A stretch of DNA of 64,000 nt from Mobula hypostoma (lineage: Eukaryota), in the NCBI RefSeq assembly GCF_963921235.1, contig NC_086108.1:54872001-54936000 (forward strand), given 5' to 3'. Below are positions 61,251 to 64,000 of the stretch, piece after piece. The notes beneath the pieces are model-generated. The model saw only the letters and a list, made by a program, of their open reading frames with translations, was not told the DNA's origin and searched no databases. Both the position numbers and the translations under genes were made by a program. The stretch's first letter is position 1, and each line of letters opens with the position of its first letter.

Positions 61251-63689
61251 TGATTGTCATGAAATATTAAATACTAATTTCAAAATAGTGCTTCTTTAGC
61301 CATTAAAGGAATATTTGTTTAACTAAGATTTCAGTGGATTATGAAATAATGATGGATTAATCAAAATCAAATAACATTAATTGTGAAAAACAAACTGACA
61401 TCCATTATTAAATTGTATAGATGTAATTTACTCAGACTTTATGTCCAGATTATAAAAGATCTGTGAGGAAATGAATCATGTTTTCCAGAGGTGATGTTAT
61501 GAACCCATATTGTCAGAGCGCAGTGTGGCGCAGCTGGGTCAGATTAGTCGAGGACCTTGGGATTTAGAAAATTGAGTGTTAAGGCATTTACTTTTATATG
61601 CTTCAGTGAATAAGTTGACAATATCTTGGAGCTTGGCTTCTGAAAGTGCACAAACACAAGCAGACTGCGAACTTGACCACTACCATTCCTTTAATGGTTA
61701 AAGTGCCTCTAAGAAGCTCTATTTTAAAATTAGTATTTCATATTTCATGCCAATAAGCTGTAAGATTGGGCAATCTTGATTCTGGAGTGTTTTGGCACAG
61801 TCCTCAAAGTTACCTCCAGTTCCACTGGAAGTTTGTTGAAGGTAAGGTTACGAAGATTGAATAGAGTATTTGACTGGATGCCTCTTCACTTTAAGAACTG
61901 ACAATATTTCAAGTGTGTCTCATTATCTGTTATTATCTTAACCTCTTTTGTTATTGCCTCCACTCTTCCAGTTTACTGGCAGCATTCTCTGCTCGAGTGA
62001 AACCAGATGCAACATAGTTATTTAGCTTCACTGCCGCAGCCCTTGCTTCCACAAGATAACTTCTTTTTCATCCTTATTGCAGACTATGGATGAGATTTCA
62101 TATAAACTATATTCAATGTCTAATCTGCACAAAGGGATTAAAATCTTGATTACAAGACAAAGAAGCAATTTTCTTCCCCCAATGTTGAACACTTCCATGT
62201 GAGTTGTTGAAAAGATCCAGACCCTACCCAGTATGTTTTTTGGCATTAATTTCATGATGATAATTTTGTGAAATCCTGGAAAATTAAAAAAAACACTTTA
62301 ATTTTGTTATGTGGAATTAATTCTTCCAGCCGCATTGGCTGTGGTTTAACCTCCAAATATTGATGGACTCTGCCAAGTTTAAAGCTGATTTTAGCTAATT
62401 AAGAGCTGTTTAAATGGTTGCTCATATTTCCAAAATGATGATGTGAACCAGAGGGTAGAAGAAATAATATAAGTAAATTATTTTAGGGTTAATTTTCACA
62501 AAGAGTAGGAGTCAAGATAAGTTGAGCTATAAGAAAGAAAAAATAGACCTGGGAAGGTGGGAGGAATTTGGATAACTTGGCAAGCACAATTTATGTTTTT
62601 GCTTTGTGAAATTAGAGTAATCGTTTAAAAAATACAAAAGAAGCTGAAATATTGTGACCCAATTTTATTTTTCAATTTGTGATCAAGGGACAGCAATTGA
62701 TGTTAATTTTAATTAAAGATTTCAATAAAAATAATGGACAGTTTTCAACCCAAAATATTGACATTCAACCGCCACCCCCCCCCCACACACATTCTACTGT
62801 GTTCCACCTGATTGTTTGTTGCTCCCGATTTCAGTACCTGTAGTCTCTTGAGTCTGTAAACAAAAATTAAGCTGTAGCGTGTTGGTCCTGATTATCTCGC
62901 TGTTACTTGTTCATGTACTTCTCTGCTCATGTGCATGCACCTGTGCATGCCTTTCTTGCTGGCCTGCAACATTATTGCCTCCAGTGGCAAAGTCAGAATC
63001 ATAAAGTGGATTCTGCACTGTTGGAGAGAGCTAGCAGTTCAGCAGGTATGTACGGAATTTAAGGTACATATGATATAAATGTAAAGGAACAAAGGAGGGG
63101 GAAGGGCAGGATTGGGTAGGCACTGAGAAAGAGAATGCCCTAGAAAAGTCAAGAATAAAATCTGTGAGCTTTGTGCCCAGTCCACTTCCCCAATAGGCAA
63201 GACTTCACATGTATCACACTCAAATAAATCAGGCATAAATAACTTCATATTTTAGGCAAAGAGGGCTCTGAGTAAAATGCACTCTAATCCAGCAACTAAT
63301 CCTAGATGCTTCACGCACACAGCATTTTTAGTGCATGCAGGTAGGCACAACGAAAGGGCTGTTTCCAACGAAGCATTTTCAATAAGGTTGCATGTCTAAA
63401 TAAATATTTATCAAGTACTTGTAAAAATGGGATTTAATTGCAAGTGAAATTATTATTTTCTTTCACATGTATATTTACGTATATTTTATTGTATATAAAT
63501 ATTATAAAAATTCACCACACAAGGAACTCTTCAGACTTTGGAGATTTTGGTTGTTTGGGTTTTCACAATTCTGTCTGTCAAGTTGTGTGAAGTGTGAGCT
63601 GATAATGGGTGCAGGTATGGCAATAAGTTTGTCATTTGATCAGCATTGAGAAATACTCATACGAAAGTGTAAATGGGAGTGAGTTAATA

Positions 63690-64000
63690 TCAAGTCTAAG
63701 TTCAAAGTAGATTTATTATCAAAGTACATATATGATACCATATCCAACCCTAAGATTTGTTTACTTGTGGGCATACACAATAAATCTATAGAATAATAAC
63801 CATAACAGAATCAATTTAAGACCGTTCAACTAGAGTGTTCGACCAGAGTGCAGAAGACAACAAACTGTGCAAATACAAAAAGAAGAAACAACAATAATAA
63901 ATAAATAAGCAATAAATATCACAAATATAAGATGAAGATTCCTTGAAAGGGAATCCATTTGTTGTGGGAGCATTTGAATGATGGAGTAAATGAAGTTGAG
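63690..64000 (-). mobile_element. Rex-type 3' UTR running off the window end
   Basis: aagttcaaagtagatttattatcaaagtacat is homologous to 43683-43930 and 15030-15260. Confidence 0.75.

Overview
Eukaryotic, AT-rich DNA made almost entirely of nested, mostly decayed transposable elements. The repeat mix (CR1, Rex1/Babar, RTE, Penelope, V-SINE, Gypsy) suggests a cartilaginous fish; this is inference. I found no host protein-coding gene I can support. The main structures are: an old minus-strand Gypsy provirus (3363-12503, TSD ATTTC) carrying six younger insertions; a younger full-length plus-strand Gypsy (27007-31490, TSD GTCTG); a near full-length CR1 (about 31570-35785); a full-length RTE (37383-43593, TSD CTGTTAA) with nested insertions; three solo LTRs; non-autonomous LINE derivatives and SINEs; and a 61-bp minisatellite. 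The most interesting signals are RNA-level. (1) The 3' UTR of a HERO-type retrotransposon holds a hammerhead-ribozyme-like motif in a non-circularly permuted order. (2) The younger Gypsy has no tRNA primer-binding site; that position is a perfect 16-nt complement of its own LTR, and its RT reads YLDN. (3) Penelope minimal hammerheads occur, including a palindromic pair. All alignments and pairings were done by eye, so boundaries of degraded elements are approximate.
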